Shown here: positions 1 to 12,170 of the stretch, piece by piece
How positions within the stretch are numbered: position 1 is the first letter of the stretch
How the letters are laid out: every line of letters begins with the position of its first letter
NCBI GenBank assembly: GCA_013265495.1
Contig: MU061542.1
Span: 92,972-156,971, forward strand
DNA length: 64,000 nucleotides
Origin: Vicugna vicugna
Lineage: Eukaryota
Direction: 5' to 3'
Position numbers and translations under genes: made by a program
The notes under the pieces: model-generated
Told to the model about the DNA's origin: nothing
The model's database searches: none
The model's input: only the letters and a program-made list of their open reading frames with translations

Positions 1-290
1 CTATCCAGAAACCAAACAAATAAATGTGTCTGTGGCTCAGGAAATAATTAAGGTTGTGAAGTACTAAAGTGAGATATTAGTAGAGTATAGGTGGTGATTG
101 AAAGAAATGAGAATAGATGAGATCACCTGAGAAAAATATATTGCATAAGAAGAATAGTGGAGTAAAATAAAATGGTGCATAATAACATTATTTAGTTGGT
201 CATAAGAGAAAAGAATTCCATCAAAATAAAATGATGGATTAACTTTGATTTGAGATCCAAGGAGTAAGGATAATATGACAACATAACTGT
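1..290 (-). mobile_element. Ancient L2 LINE fragment
   Basis: Purine-rich, degenerate similarity to antisense L2 ORF2 (ggtggtgattgaaag...gaatagatgagatcacctgagaaaa). Family assigned from recall. Confidence 0.45.
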
Positions 291-3217
291 CATGGGAGTA
301 CAGATTTTAAGTGAGCATTCACTTGTACAGCAGAACACACAAGAAGAAAAAAACTGACAAATAACATGTGATTCACAATTTTAGGATGTAACTGATAAAC
401 ATTTAAATTAATGAAAACCAATTTAGGTGGCAGATAAGTAAAGAAAGGAAAGAGCAAGTGTGTTTTATCTTTCAATAAATGTGGATAAAAAGGGGCAGAG
501 TTAGATTGGACCTACGGTTTAATACAGGATCAAATCAGAAAAATGAATCAATGATGGATAAACCAAGAGTAAGTATAGAGCTGGAAAGAGGATGGGAATA
601 TCAGAAAGACCAATAAGGAAGTACAAACATTAAATAATTTAATGAGCTTTCTGAGAGTAAAACCAAAGGCTTATACTCTATTCTTGTATTTAAGCTTTCA
701 TATATTTTTCTTTGTTTATGACATGTTCATATAGCAGTTGTTATAGGCAAACTCTACTGTATATTCAATCAGAGTTATGATTTTGGTCAGTAAGTCTAAC
801 CTTATTCAGAAATATTACGGACAGATAAGTAATATTTAATTCTAATTATATCTAAGCAGTTATTTAAAATATGGGAATAAAAGAAAAAAATGACATTAAA
901 AACATGTTGGGGGAAAACTCTTTTTGAGGAGGAATTCAAAAGTTAGTGAGACATTTTGTTTCAAAACACTGGTAAAATATTACATGAGTTCATGTAAAAT
1001 GTTTACCAGACCAGCTGATACATTCTGTTCAAGTTTAACCAGTAGCTTCACATCCCTTTAGTCTTTCTACTTCTGACTAAACTAACATCTGTTCTACTCA
1101 ATTATAAAATAAAACATGCATCAGGTTTTCTTAGTCGACTACAGACATGTTCAAAGGCAGTCTGGGGCGGGGATGTGTGCATGGTGCAAATTGCTTTTTA
1201 ATATTTCTAGACATACAAACCTCCTTAGCCATCCTTCTCATACAACTTCATATTAACCTAATGATTGAACTATAACAAGTTGTCAAAGGGCATTTTGCTG
1301 CCAAACTGTTTTACAGTTAAGCTGTTGCTTTGTACATGCTCCTTTTTGTTCAACCAAATAATTTGCTACTCCATTCCATGGCACAGTATAAAGTGATACA
1401 CAGGATTTGAAATGGATGTAATCATGTATTCATCAAGTCAAATACCATCAATTTGTTTCTAATGTATTCTACTATGCATACTTTCTATTAAGTAGTAGAG
1501 TTACAGCTTTATTGAGAAAACATAATATAGAAAGATTTATTTTATTCTTGCTTACCATTCAAAAATATTTGTAAGCATCATTCACAATAATATTGGAGGA
1601 CATTTCCCTGCTCAAGAAGTGTATTATAACTCTCCATTCCACTGTTATATGAACAGCTTATAATTTTATAGTAACAAAATTTGTCATCTTTGTGCTTAGT
1701 TTAATTTTTAATTTTGATTTAAGAGTCATTTGATCACCAAAAGAATTTAATATTCCTCCTTTGAGAAGGAACTCTTTAAGCAACAGGTGCAATGTTACAG
1801 TGGTACAATAAAACATAGCTGATGACAATTACTTGATTTTTTTCTATAAGTTTTGTTTTATGAATTTCTTACTCTTAAGATCACAATAGCTATTCAATTA
1901 TTTTGTTTTCATTCAATATTAACTTCCTCTAGCTTTTAACCACTTAGAATGCCACACTGGCTAAATTTTGTTTTGTTAACTATTGTTACTTACCCTTGTA
2001 ATTCTTATAACTCAAATTTAGATGCAGGCACAGTTTTCAATGTATTGATTTAAAAAAAATATATTATGTGTGAATGTCCCAATAATTTTAACAAGATTGA
2101 ATTGTCTGGTTATAACACCATGATTTGGGTGGTTTATGAAAAATCTTATGCCTGCAAATACACTAGCAGTTTTCAGGAAGGCTCGTTTTATGCTGTTTAT
2201 TCCTTAGGTCAATAAATATTTGCTGCAGGGTTAATTTGTTCTTGGCACTGTTTTAGAACACATTTGCTGTTCTCAAGGAGTTAATCTTTTAAAAGATTCT
2301 CACTGAAACTCAATACAATTGCTTTTAAATTAGATGTCCTGCCTTCAAAATATATATTATATTAAAATGATATGAATAGAATATGATAATAAAAAGCATT
2401 TAATGAGAAACATGAAAGATAATCTTAAATAAGAAACAAAAATTTAGTAACAACAGATTCCTCACTTCTTGCTTAATTGCCTTATCAGTTGTATTTTTTC
2501 AATCTGATAAGGTCAATTTATGTCACTGTCTTCAGTCAGGTGTTTCTAAGAGCAATTTGTTTGACATGACCACGCTAGTATTGTAATTAGTTTCCTCTCT
2601 CATCAGTAGATTTTTTTTGACTATCAAGTTCATGATTAATTTGCTAATCAGAAATTTCCATAGTATTTCTTCATTTCCTTCCACTTCATCATCTGTTACA
2701 CTGACACTTGACAACCTCCACTCATCAACTCTCTCTTCTTCATACCTATAACCCTAGACTAGCTTTTGTTTGAATTTTTTCCTCTTTGTTCTTTTTCTTA
2801 TCCTAAGTCAACTGGTCAGTCAGTGTGACCATAAAAAATATAATCAGAAATAAACTTTGCCTTCAAGGAATTGAAAGAAACATAATGTTTCCAAATTCTT
2901 TCTCTTGCTAGATATTTAATGAGGACTGTCATCCATTTTCACAGCTCACATTCTTAGAAGACTCAAAAATACTTCTCTGTAGTTTCAACTTCTACCTGAA
3001 ATTTCTGTCCCCAACTCTTGACTTTTGACAAAAACAATGAAAGCTTTCATAATTCTAGACTAGACTATACTACCACTGAGATCTTTTATAATTCTAATAT
3101 TTTATAATTCTACAACTTGCTTTTAATTGAATGTCCCAAATGTTCTATCTCCTTTTCACCATAAATCAGTTTTCTCTCATGAATCCTCTGCCAGCTAAGG
3201 TTACTGCTGGATTTTCA

Positions 3218-3268
3218 TTATATATATATATATATAAATTTATTTATATATATATATATTTTTTTTCT
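3218..3268. repeat. (TA)n microsatellite followed by a T run
   Basis: Seen directly. Confidence 0.9.
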
Positions 3269-3589
3269 TGTCCTTTTCTGATCTTGGAAGACAATTAGTT
3301 GCCTGAATAAAAGAATAAGTGATTCTATTACCTTTATCATTTGGAGCATAATTCAAATTATCATTCAAGATATAAAACAAAAATATATTTGTTGAGTCAT
3401 ATATGTGAAGTTCTAGATTAGAATTGTGTATAATATGTTATCATATTCAAGGAATGTAAAATAGATTAAGTTACCTCTAAAAAAAATGAAATTTTGTTGT
3501 TTAAGTTTTCAAGAATTTTTCAACCTCATTTTTCTCTATTGAATGAGTTTAAGTCTGGAAAGAAAGTAGTGACAAGAAATGAAAATGGA

Positions 3590-5271
3590 GACTAAGATAA
3601 AAGAAAGATACTGAAGGACTTTATGCATCACATCAAGGAGTTTGAATTTTACTTTAAAGGTAAGGGTTACTCACAGATCTAATTTACATAGACTCCTGAT
3701 ATTACTGTCTTCATTTAAAAAAATCATGTTTTGAATCAGTTACAGATTGAATTGAGAGAAATGCACCACCTGAAAACTACTAGAGCTCATCAATGAATTT
3801 GGTAAAGCTGTAGGATACAAAATTAATACACAGAAATCTGTGGCATTTCTATAAACTGACAATAAAATACTAGAAACAGAAGTTAAAGAAAAAATCCCAC
3901 TTACTGCCCCATTAAAAAAATATATATATCTAGGAATAAATCTACCTAAGGAGGCAAAAGATGTGTACTCTGAAAATTACAAGATGCTGATAAAAGAAAT
4001 TGAAGAAGACACAAACAGATGGAAAGATATACCATGTTCTCAGAGTTGAAGAATCAATATTGTTAAAATGGCCATACTACCCAAGGCAATATACACATTC
4101 AGTAAAATCCTTGTAAAATTACCAATGGCATTTTTCACAGAACTGAAAAAAATATTAAAATTTGTATGGAAATACAAAAGATCCCAATTAGCCAAAATCT
4201 TGAGAAAGGAGAATGGAGCTGGAGGAATCACACTCCCTGATTTCAGACTATACTCCAAAGCTACAGCAATTAAAAAAAAAATATGATACTATCACAAAAA
4301 CAGACACATAAATCAATGGAACAGAAAAGAAAGTCCAGAAATAAACCTATACACTTATGGTCAATTAATTTTCAACAAAGGAGACAAGCATACACAATGG
4401 AGAAAAGATAGTCCTTTCAACAATTGCTGCTGCGAATACTAGATAGCTGTATTTAAAAGAATGAAATTAGAACATTCTCTAACACCAAATGCAAAAATAA
4501 ACTCAAAATGGATTAAGGACCTAACTGTAAGATCAGGTATGGTCAATCTCCTAAGCAGGGCACTCTTTGACATAAACAGCAATATGTTTGGATCCATCAT
4601 CTAGAGTAATGGAAATGAAACAAAAATTATCCAGTTGATCTAATGAACTTAAAAATTTTGCACAACAAAAGAGACCATAAACAAAACAAAAGGACAACTC
4701 ACATAATGGGAGAAAATATTTGTAAATGATACAATGACAAAGGATTAATTTCCAAAATGTAGAAAACAGTTCATACAGATTGATAAAAAAAATTAAAAAA
4801 TGGGCAGAAAACCTAAATAGATGTTTCTACAAAGAAGATATACAGATGGCCAACAGGTGCATGAAAAGATGCTCAACATCATTAATTATTGGAGAAATTC
4901 AAATCAAAACCACAATAAGGTATCATGTCACACCAGTAAGAATATTCATCATCAAAATGAATACAAATAATAAATGCTGGAGAGGGTGTAGAGAAAAGAG
5001 AACCTCCTACACTGCTGGTGGGAATATAAATTGGTGCAGCCACTATGGAAGACAGTATGGAGGTTCCTTAAAAAACTAAAAATAGAATTACCATATGATG
5101 TAGCAATCTTGCTCTTGAGCATATATTCAGAGAAAACTCTAACTCAAAAAGATGCATGTGTCCCAATGTTCATAGCAGCACCATTTACAACAGCCAAGAC
5201 ATGAATGCAACCTAAATATTCATTGACAGATAAATGGATAAAGAAGATGTGGTTTATGTATATACTTATAA

Positions 5272-5302
<31 letters not shown>

Positions 5303-6150
5303 TATATAAGATGTGATATATATATATGTATATATAAAATGGAGTATTACTGTCATTAAAAATATTCAAATAATGTCATTTTCAGCAAAAAGGATGGACT
5401 TAGAGATTATCATACTAGGTGAAAGACAAATATTACATGATATCACTTACATGTGTAATCTTAAAAAATAACACAAATGAACTCATTTACAACACAGAAA
5501 TAAACTCACTGACATAGCAAACAAACTAATGATTATCAAAGTGGAAAGGGGAAGAGGAATAAATTTGGAATTTAGGATTAACAGATACACACTACTATAT
5601 AAACAATAGATAAACAACAAGGACCTACTTTATAGCACAGGGAAGAATATTCAATACCGTATAATAACCTAAAATGGAAAGGAATCTGAATTATATACAT
5701 TCTTTTGTATATAAAAACTGAATCACATTGCTTACACTTGAAACATTGTAAATCAACTGTACTTCAGTGAAAAAATAAATTAATGAATTGAGGAAACAAA
5801 CCTGGAATCATAGGGAGCATTGATAAATTTTTTTCTAAAAGTCAGATATGAGATGATAAAGGCATATTCAGGGCCATGTCAGGAGAAGTAAACAAAAAGA
5901 CAATATTGGAGAAACTTTATGGATCTATAATTAGCAAGATATTTTATGTGGGAAGTAAGGCAGTCAGGAGTTAAGGCTGACAGCCAATGTATGACTTCAG
6001 CAGTATTATGGTAGATGATGCTGTTACTCGCAGAAGTAGGGAGTAGATAAGAGGAGGCAATCACAGGGGAAACAAGAATCTTGTAGATCATGAGACACCT
6101 ATGGGTTATGTAAGTAAAGGACTAGAATAGGTAGTTAGCGACATGGTTGT
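3590..6150 (-). mobile_element. L2 LINE fragment split by the L1 at 3762-5783
   Basis: L2-like antisense motifs (caaggagtttgaattttact; gagatgataaaggc; ggagttaaggctgacagcc; gtagatgatgctgttact) lie on both sides of the L1 and appear collinear. Confidence 0.6.
3762..5783 (+). mobile_element. 5'-truncated L1 (cetartiodactyl type): decayed ORF2 3' half plus 3' UTR
   Basis: ORF2 peptides [20 protein letters not shown]...[20 protein letters not shown]...KCWRGCREK. 3' UTR contains acaacaaggaccta...tatagcacaggg...gtaaatcaactgtacttca. Degenerate TSD tgaattgag(a)gaaa at 3748-3761 and 5784-5796. Internal (CA)n at 5272-5299. Confidence 0.95.
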
Positions 6151-6513
6151 TTGTGTTCACTCAAGAGTTACATACAGGTATTGGAGAAGCCAAATGATAT
6201 GAATTGAGATTCCTACTTCCACTTGAGAAGAACAGCTCCATTTCTGAATGTTAGATTTCAGCACAGTGTTTCATATGTAGTTACATTTGCAAGACTTTAA
6301 AAAAGACAATGAGATATACTGAAAAGTTTTGGCTTTTCTGTATAAACATAATCTTATTAATAGAAGAAGGAATGAAACCACAGTAAGTTCTTCTGACTTC
6401 TGGTCAAATAATCTCAAACTTGTCTACATGCATTTATATGTTTTATAAATGAACCTTGCATAAATAACTTGATATGATTATCAGAAATATGTCACTGGCA
6501 GAAAATATTCTGT

Positions 6514-6731
6514 CAGAGATTGAGAAACTTTTTCTATAAAGAATCATATAGTAGATATTTTAGATTTTCTTCAGGCCAGATGGTTTCTTCATAGCTACTC
6601 AAATCTGCTAATTGTAGAGCTATAGCACCCATAGGTACTAAACAAGCAAAGGATTGTTTCACTAAAATTTCATTTTGAAGAACAGGCACCAGCAAGATTT
6701 GGCTCAGAGACAGTAGTCTGCTGACTCTCTG
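6514..6731. mobile_element. MER58A-like hAT-Charlie DNA transposon
   Basis: CAG...CTG termini, length about 220 bp, motifs aaacttttt ctataaag...tagtagatattttag, gctactcaaatctgc and gatttggc. Confidence 0.75.
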
Positions 6732-8383
6732 CTGTATAATTCATTATCCATAAATCATAGAGACAGTAGGACTAACTTAAGAGTAGTTGGGGATGATAAA
6801 AAGTACTTGGAAGTAAAGAGCTCTCTATACTAATCTACAGATTACTAGAATGTAAAGCCATTATAATATTATTAAAAGAAGTTCACTTTTTCCATGTGTG
6901 GTTTGGTAAGAAAGGGAATGATATTCTATTTGTCACCAAAACTATGTGACCATTCCACTTCTTAATCTTAGAAAATACTCTAACAGATTCCATGAGAGAT
7001 ATCCCTTAGTTCACATTTATTTGGAATGGTAAAGAGCGAATAATTGTCTATAAGCAGCTAGTACGGGAAAAATAAAATAAAATAGTGTACTCTTAACAGA
7101 TAATTCAGAATCATATTTGATTTGTGCATATGAATGGGATGATAGAAATCATGTGTGATTGTACATTTTAGGAGAAATGTATCTTGGACTGATGAAAATT
7201 AAAGTTATATTTTGACGCTATAACTAGAGCAAGTGGTGTTCTTTATCATTATATTGAGAGATTGAAGTATGCTTGAACACATAATTTTTATTAAAATTCA
7301 GCATTAAGTACTTATCATTCTCTTCTACCATAACAGAGCCATTATACAATGGAAAGAACTATGAGGAGTCGGAGGTATCTCTTCTATGCACTGTTTCATG
7401 TTTTTTCCTGCCAGAGAAGAAATTCCTTGGCCCTTCTTTATTTGGCTTACTGGCTCTTTTCTGATTTCTTTGTGGGGCAGTGAATAATGTGTCAAAGTGT
7501 CAGGTGCACATGAATTGAACTCAATAAAGGGGAGTTATTATTAACATTTAATTGTTAAATTTTGAATTGTATTTATTTGATTGGAAGGGGGAAGGAGATA
7601 TTTAGAATTTGGTACCTATCCATGGTTGAACACATTTTATTATTATTATTATTATTATTTTGCTTAATGCTCTAACATTCTAGACATTATTTCAGAAATA
7701 AAAATGTACACTTTTTAAAAAGAGAAAAGCAGCCTTCTAACTTTTTCCATTAAACATAATCACAATGAGTTTCTTTAAGATATAAGATAAACTTAAAATG
7801 AAAATTGCATATATAAATCATTCATAGTGTTTTAATTGAAGGAAAGATATATATTTGAAAAGACAGTAAAATTATTTTCTATCTTCACTAATAATACAGT
7901 TTTGAAGACTTAAAAAGTTTCAGCTTCAGATTTATTTTCCACAGTTTTTATGACATTTCAAGTAAAAATCACTACAGAAAAGAGAAAATGGTAAAAAAAT
8001 CCTAATTCATCACCTGTGAGGGTAAGGTGCATCTTATTGTTACTAAATGTTTAATGGAGCCGTGGGCAAGTATGTATAATGAGCCATGTTTCAAGTCTGG
8101 GATACTGGTAATATAACCATTTCTCATTCACCTATTGCAGAGTGTGGAAATCATCCCTACTCTTGAAAATTCATTATAGTATTATTTTTTTATAATTGAG
8201 ATTATTCACAGCTTATAAGCTATAGTGGTTTTAGGATTTTTTCAATTTTATTTGCTTTGTATAAAATAATAGACATTTTACTTTCCTAAAGAAAAATAAA
8301 ACAGCTGAATATAAGAGAAATTTGGTTATTAAAGGTCAAGTGCATTAGAGGGTACTTCTTATTTGATGAAATTTTATTCCTAT

Positions 8384-9037
8384 TGTTGCTGGTAGATGTA
8401 AATGGTGTTCCAGGTTCTTGCCCCATCCCAGAAATAATTCAGAGCTAAGATGCAGTGGTTAAAAAAAGTAAAGTGGTAATTTATTAAAGGATGGACAGTA
8501 CACTCTCAAGGAGAGAGTGGGCAGGCTCAGGTGAGCAGCTGCCCTGAGTTTCTTTGGCAAGTTGGTTACATAGATTGTAAAAATGAATGGGCAGAATATT
8601 AATTGGGGAAGGAAGGGTTTGGGGTTATATTCCCTGATTTTCATCCCAACTCCAGCTTCCCAAAGGAAGGAGGGCTATTTGTCCTTATTTGTTCTGGATC
8701 AGAAATGTCATGGCATTGGTGAATAATGGGTACTTCTAATCTACAAGGCTAATTTCATTAAAATAAGGGCATAATGAGCAAAAGGTAACTTGGGACATTA
8801 GAATTTCCTGACTTTTCCCACCATTGTTGGCCTCCAGGCCACTTATCACTTCCAAAGCTATGACCACTTATCAGCCCAGAGGTTCGTGCTTTTCTTTCTC
8901 TGCCCAGGGACCCCAGGTGCTTACATGATGTATGGTTTCCTGCATTTATCCTGTGCCCCTCCTTTCTCCCCAGTTTTAGCCATTTGGTCTGTGTCCCCCT
9001 TTCTCTGCTCATATCTAGCTGCCTGCTTGCTCTAACA
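8384..9037 (-). mobile_element. Solo LTR, ERV1-class, probably lineage-specific
   Basis: TGTT...AACA termini and an exact 4-bp TSD CTAT (8380-8383, 9038-9041). AATAAA on the minus strand at 8480-8485. A related copy lies at 35017-35605. Confidence 0.9.
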
Positions 9038-9284
9038 CTATTTAAGCCTAAGAATTTCCTCTAATGAAATTATATGCTGTGTGTATCTTACTAAATTCAT
9101 TCACTTCAGTTTGATCATCTCTAGACCATCTATTTAAATTAATTCCTGTGAATGAATGCTGTTCCGCTGGTTCAACTTGTACCCAGGTGAAATTAATAAA
9201 ATAAATATTAGGAACTGAAATTTAGAAATGTTGATATGTGAACTTCTAAAGCAGTGAAATATTGTGTAGTTACATGCTTCAATT

Positions 9285-9460
9285 TAGAGGTTCTTAAACT
9301 CTAAATGTGTGTAAGTTTAAACTATGTAGGTTACTTTTATAAAACTCCAAGGCATCGCCCGAAAAGGTTTTTATTCATGAGACTCAACAAAACATTTACT
9401 CTTATAAAGCACTCTATGTGATTCTGATGCAAATGGTAAACTAACTTGAAAACAGAAGCA
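9285..9460. mobile_element. MER5A/B-like hAT fragment
   Basis: Motifs agaggttcttaaact... and tgtgattctgatgca...cttgaaaac. Confidence 0.55.
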
Positions 9461-9834
9461 CACCTAAATAAATAGTCATAAGGAACTCACTGTGATTATT
9501 AAGGACACAGCTATAAAACCTCTGCAGAAAAACAGTGAGCAAGGTATTTGCATAAATTTGTACTAAATATAAGTGTGGTTTTGAGGAAGACACATATATT
9601 TTCTCTCTGGGAAATATGTATCTATATCAATAGTATTACAACACCAATGTTATTACTTTCTAAAGCACTTATTACTAGAAAAAAAATAAACACAGTGTCT
9701 TGTCCTTTAAAGGAAATGCAAGGAAAAAGTTCATGGATATTTGAAGTAAGTACCCCAAATTAAGATTTAATATAATGAATATAGACTTATTTTGAAAAGC
9801 ACAATAATCATAATCATTTGCAGCACTTATTAGA

Positions 9835-9971
9835 AGCACAGTCTTGATCCCACTATCAAACCTTCTGATCAAGTAACTCTGTGATCAGAAAAAAAAACAA
9901 ACAACTTGTATTTTGCAATTCCATTGTGGTCCTGATCCAACTGATTTGTGCACCACATTCTGAGAACACTG
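9835..9971. mobile_element. MER5-like hAT fragment
   Basis: Ends in caccacattctgagaacactg, resembling the MER5A terminus. Confidence 0.45.
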
Positions 9972-10734
9972 TTCAGAATAATAAGACTGCAAACTGAGAA
10001 AATTATCCATAAAATACAATTGGTTTGAACTTTACCAGAATAACGTTAAGACTGTGTCCAAACCTAGATATAATTCAGTGTTTCCTTATTAAGATACTCA
10101 AAGCTACCTAATTTATTCTATTAGAAAGAACTTCTTATCTACCTGTGAGATATATAAAACCATCATAAAATTTCTTGAAATAAAAGTGTCGGATTAAAAG
10201 TCATACTGCTTTTAGGTAAGGGTTGGGGGAAATGTAAATGAAATACAAACAAAAGTAAGTTGTTTAGAAAGGAACACAGACGCACTATATACAGTCCAAG
10301 TTAATGCACCTTTGGTTTCAAGTAATACAAAGTCAATCAATATATTTGAACAAAATGAAGACTTACTATAATTCAACAACATATCTTATAGATTCCAAGG
10401 GAAGAAAAACAGCCAGACCTTACTAGGAAATCAGGAGTTATTGTCTGAATATCTCTTTCTTTCTCTTTGGGATCACAAAATTTCACATTCTAGTATCAGT
10501 TTCCATATTTACTTCTTATGTCCTCTTCTTCAAAATAAACTTTTATTTGCTTGTCCACATGAGTGAGTTGAAAAATATCAATTTGCAGACCTTGTGTTGT
10601 CAGTTTTCTTCTTTCTTCAGTCTTTATGCTCTTAAGAATGATTTTTATTGCAGATATAATTTTCAAAGTATGCTTTGTATTATATTTTGACACCATTTAA
10701 GTCAAAAGTTTCCATTATCCTTCAGTCAGAACAG

Positions 10735-11010
10735 TCAACATTCATTTATTCAAGAAAACATTTATTTAGAAACAACAATGCTCTTGATCTCACAAATTTG
10801 AGGAAAATTACATGACAACTTGTAGTCAAAAGATAAAATTGTGTAGAAATTGAGGCAAACAACAAAATTACATGTGATACATTATAGAATATGAGAATGT
10901 AGGATCATCTTCCCTAGTCTTCTTGTGGAGAAAAATGAGACATCACAAAGAAGGCCATATTTGAGAAGAAGTTGTAAGGACATTTCAGATGGACAAAGCA
11001 AAAGAATATC
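10735..11010 (-). mobile_element. L2 3' end fragment
   Basis: cattcatttattcaa...catttattt is the antisense of the L2 tail. Confidence 0.4.
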
Positions 11011-11589
11011 TGAGGTAGAGAGGAGAAAAGATACAAAGTTAAGTGTATATGGAATATCATAGTTTGTGAGGGGAAAAATACATTTTTTGTTGTAGAAAAG
11101 GCATGAGGTACAAGTAAGAGAATGACAAGGAAATGTATTTGATAAGAAGACAAAACATTGACCATGAATCCATTTGAGTGTATCACAAGCATCATATATA
11201 TTAGTCAACATCTTCTGTTTTCATTTCTAGTGTATATTTACTCTCTCTTGATGTACCATGATCTTCCTCAGGGTAAATCTCTTCCTTATTCTCAGTCAAA
11301 TATGGGTGACTCAGTCAAAAATTGGGTGATTCTTTGAATCCAGACTTATTATGTGATTCAATTTTGGCCAATTAGAGCAAAATATTTGACACACTACAGT
11401 GGATGCTTCAGAGATTTTACCATTACATACTTTACAGCAAATTACATTTTTTTCTCTGAGTGTTGGGAAAGAGATTGGCAATTAACTCAACTACCAATAA
11501 TCTGAGGTATGTAGAAACATTTCATTCTTAAAAAGTGACCATGATTTTCATAAGTGAAAATGTATGCCAAAAGTCTTTCTGGCTTTTCA

Positions 11590-12170
11590 CTGCAGAAAGA
11601 ACATGACCTTAACTCTCAAAAAATTCCTAAAACTAATTTCATAAATAAATATCTGATGTACAATTAAAAATAACCATGCACATGAAGACAAAATATTAGT
11701 CAAGAACAGCAGATAATAAAACAAAAAGGCTATAACAGGAGACCCACAAAGAATCAAAGTATCAAATTCAATAACTATCAATTTCAAATTATCCTGCCAA
11801 TGATAAACAGGTAAAATATAAATTGAGAATTTTGGCAAAGAACTAGAAATCATGGGAAAAAACACATAGAAATTATAGAACTCAGAAGTAAAATAACCAG
11901 GAAAATTTTGCTTGCAACCAAGATGAGATTAAAGAGAGCAGATTTATCCTCCTCATGGAACAACAGAAGGAAAAAGAGGGAGGAAAGAACGAAGGAATAG
12001 AGGGTGTAGTGGGGAGAGAGAGAGAGAGGTAGAGAGATAGAGAGGAATGAAAAGTAAGAAGAAAAGAAAAAAAAGGAGAAATACATATGAAATGATTTTC
12101 AAGGTATCAAACAAGCAACAAAGGACAGCAGTTCCTGAGAGAGAGAAAAAAAATGAAGTGAACACAAAAG
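11590..12170 (+). mobile_element. Old L1 (L1M-type) 5'/ORF1 remnant
   Basis: A-rich ORF1-like motifs (gagaattttggcaaagaactagaaatc...tagaaattatagaact). Contains a GA-rich low-complexity stretch at about 11960-12080. Confidence 0.55.
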
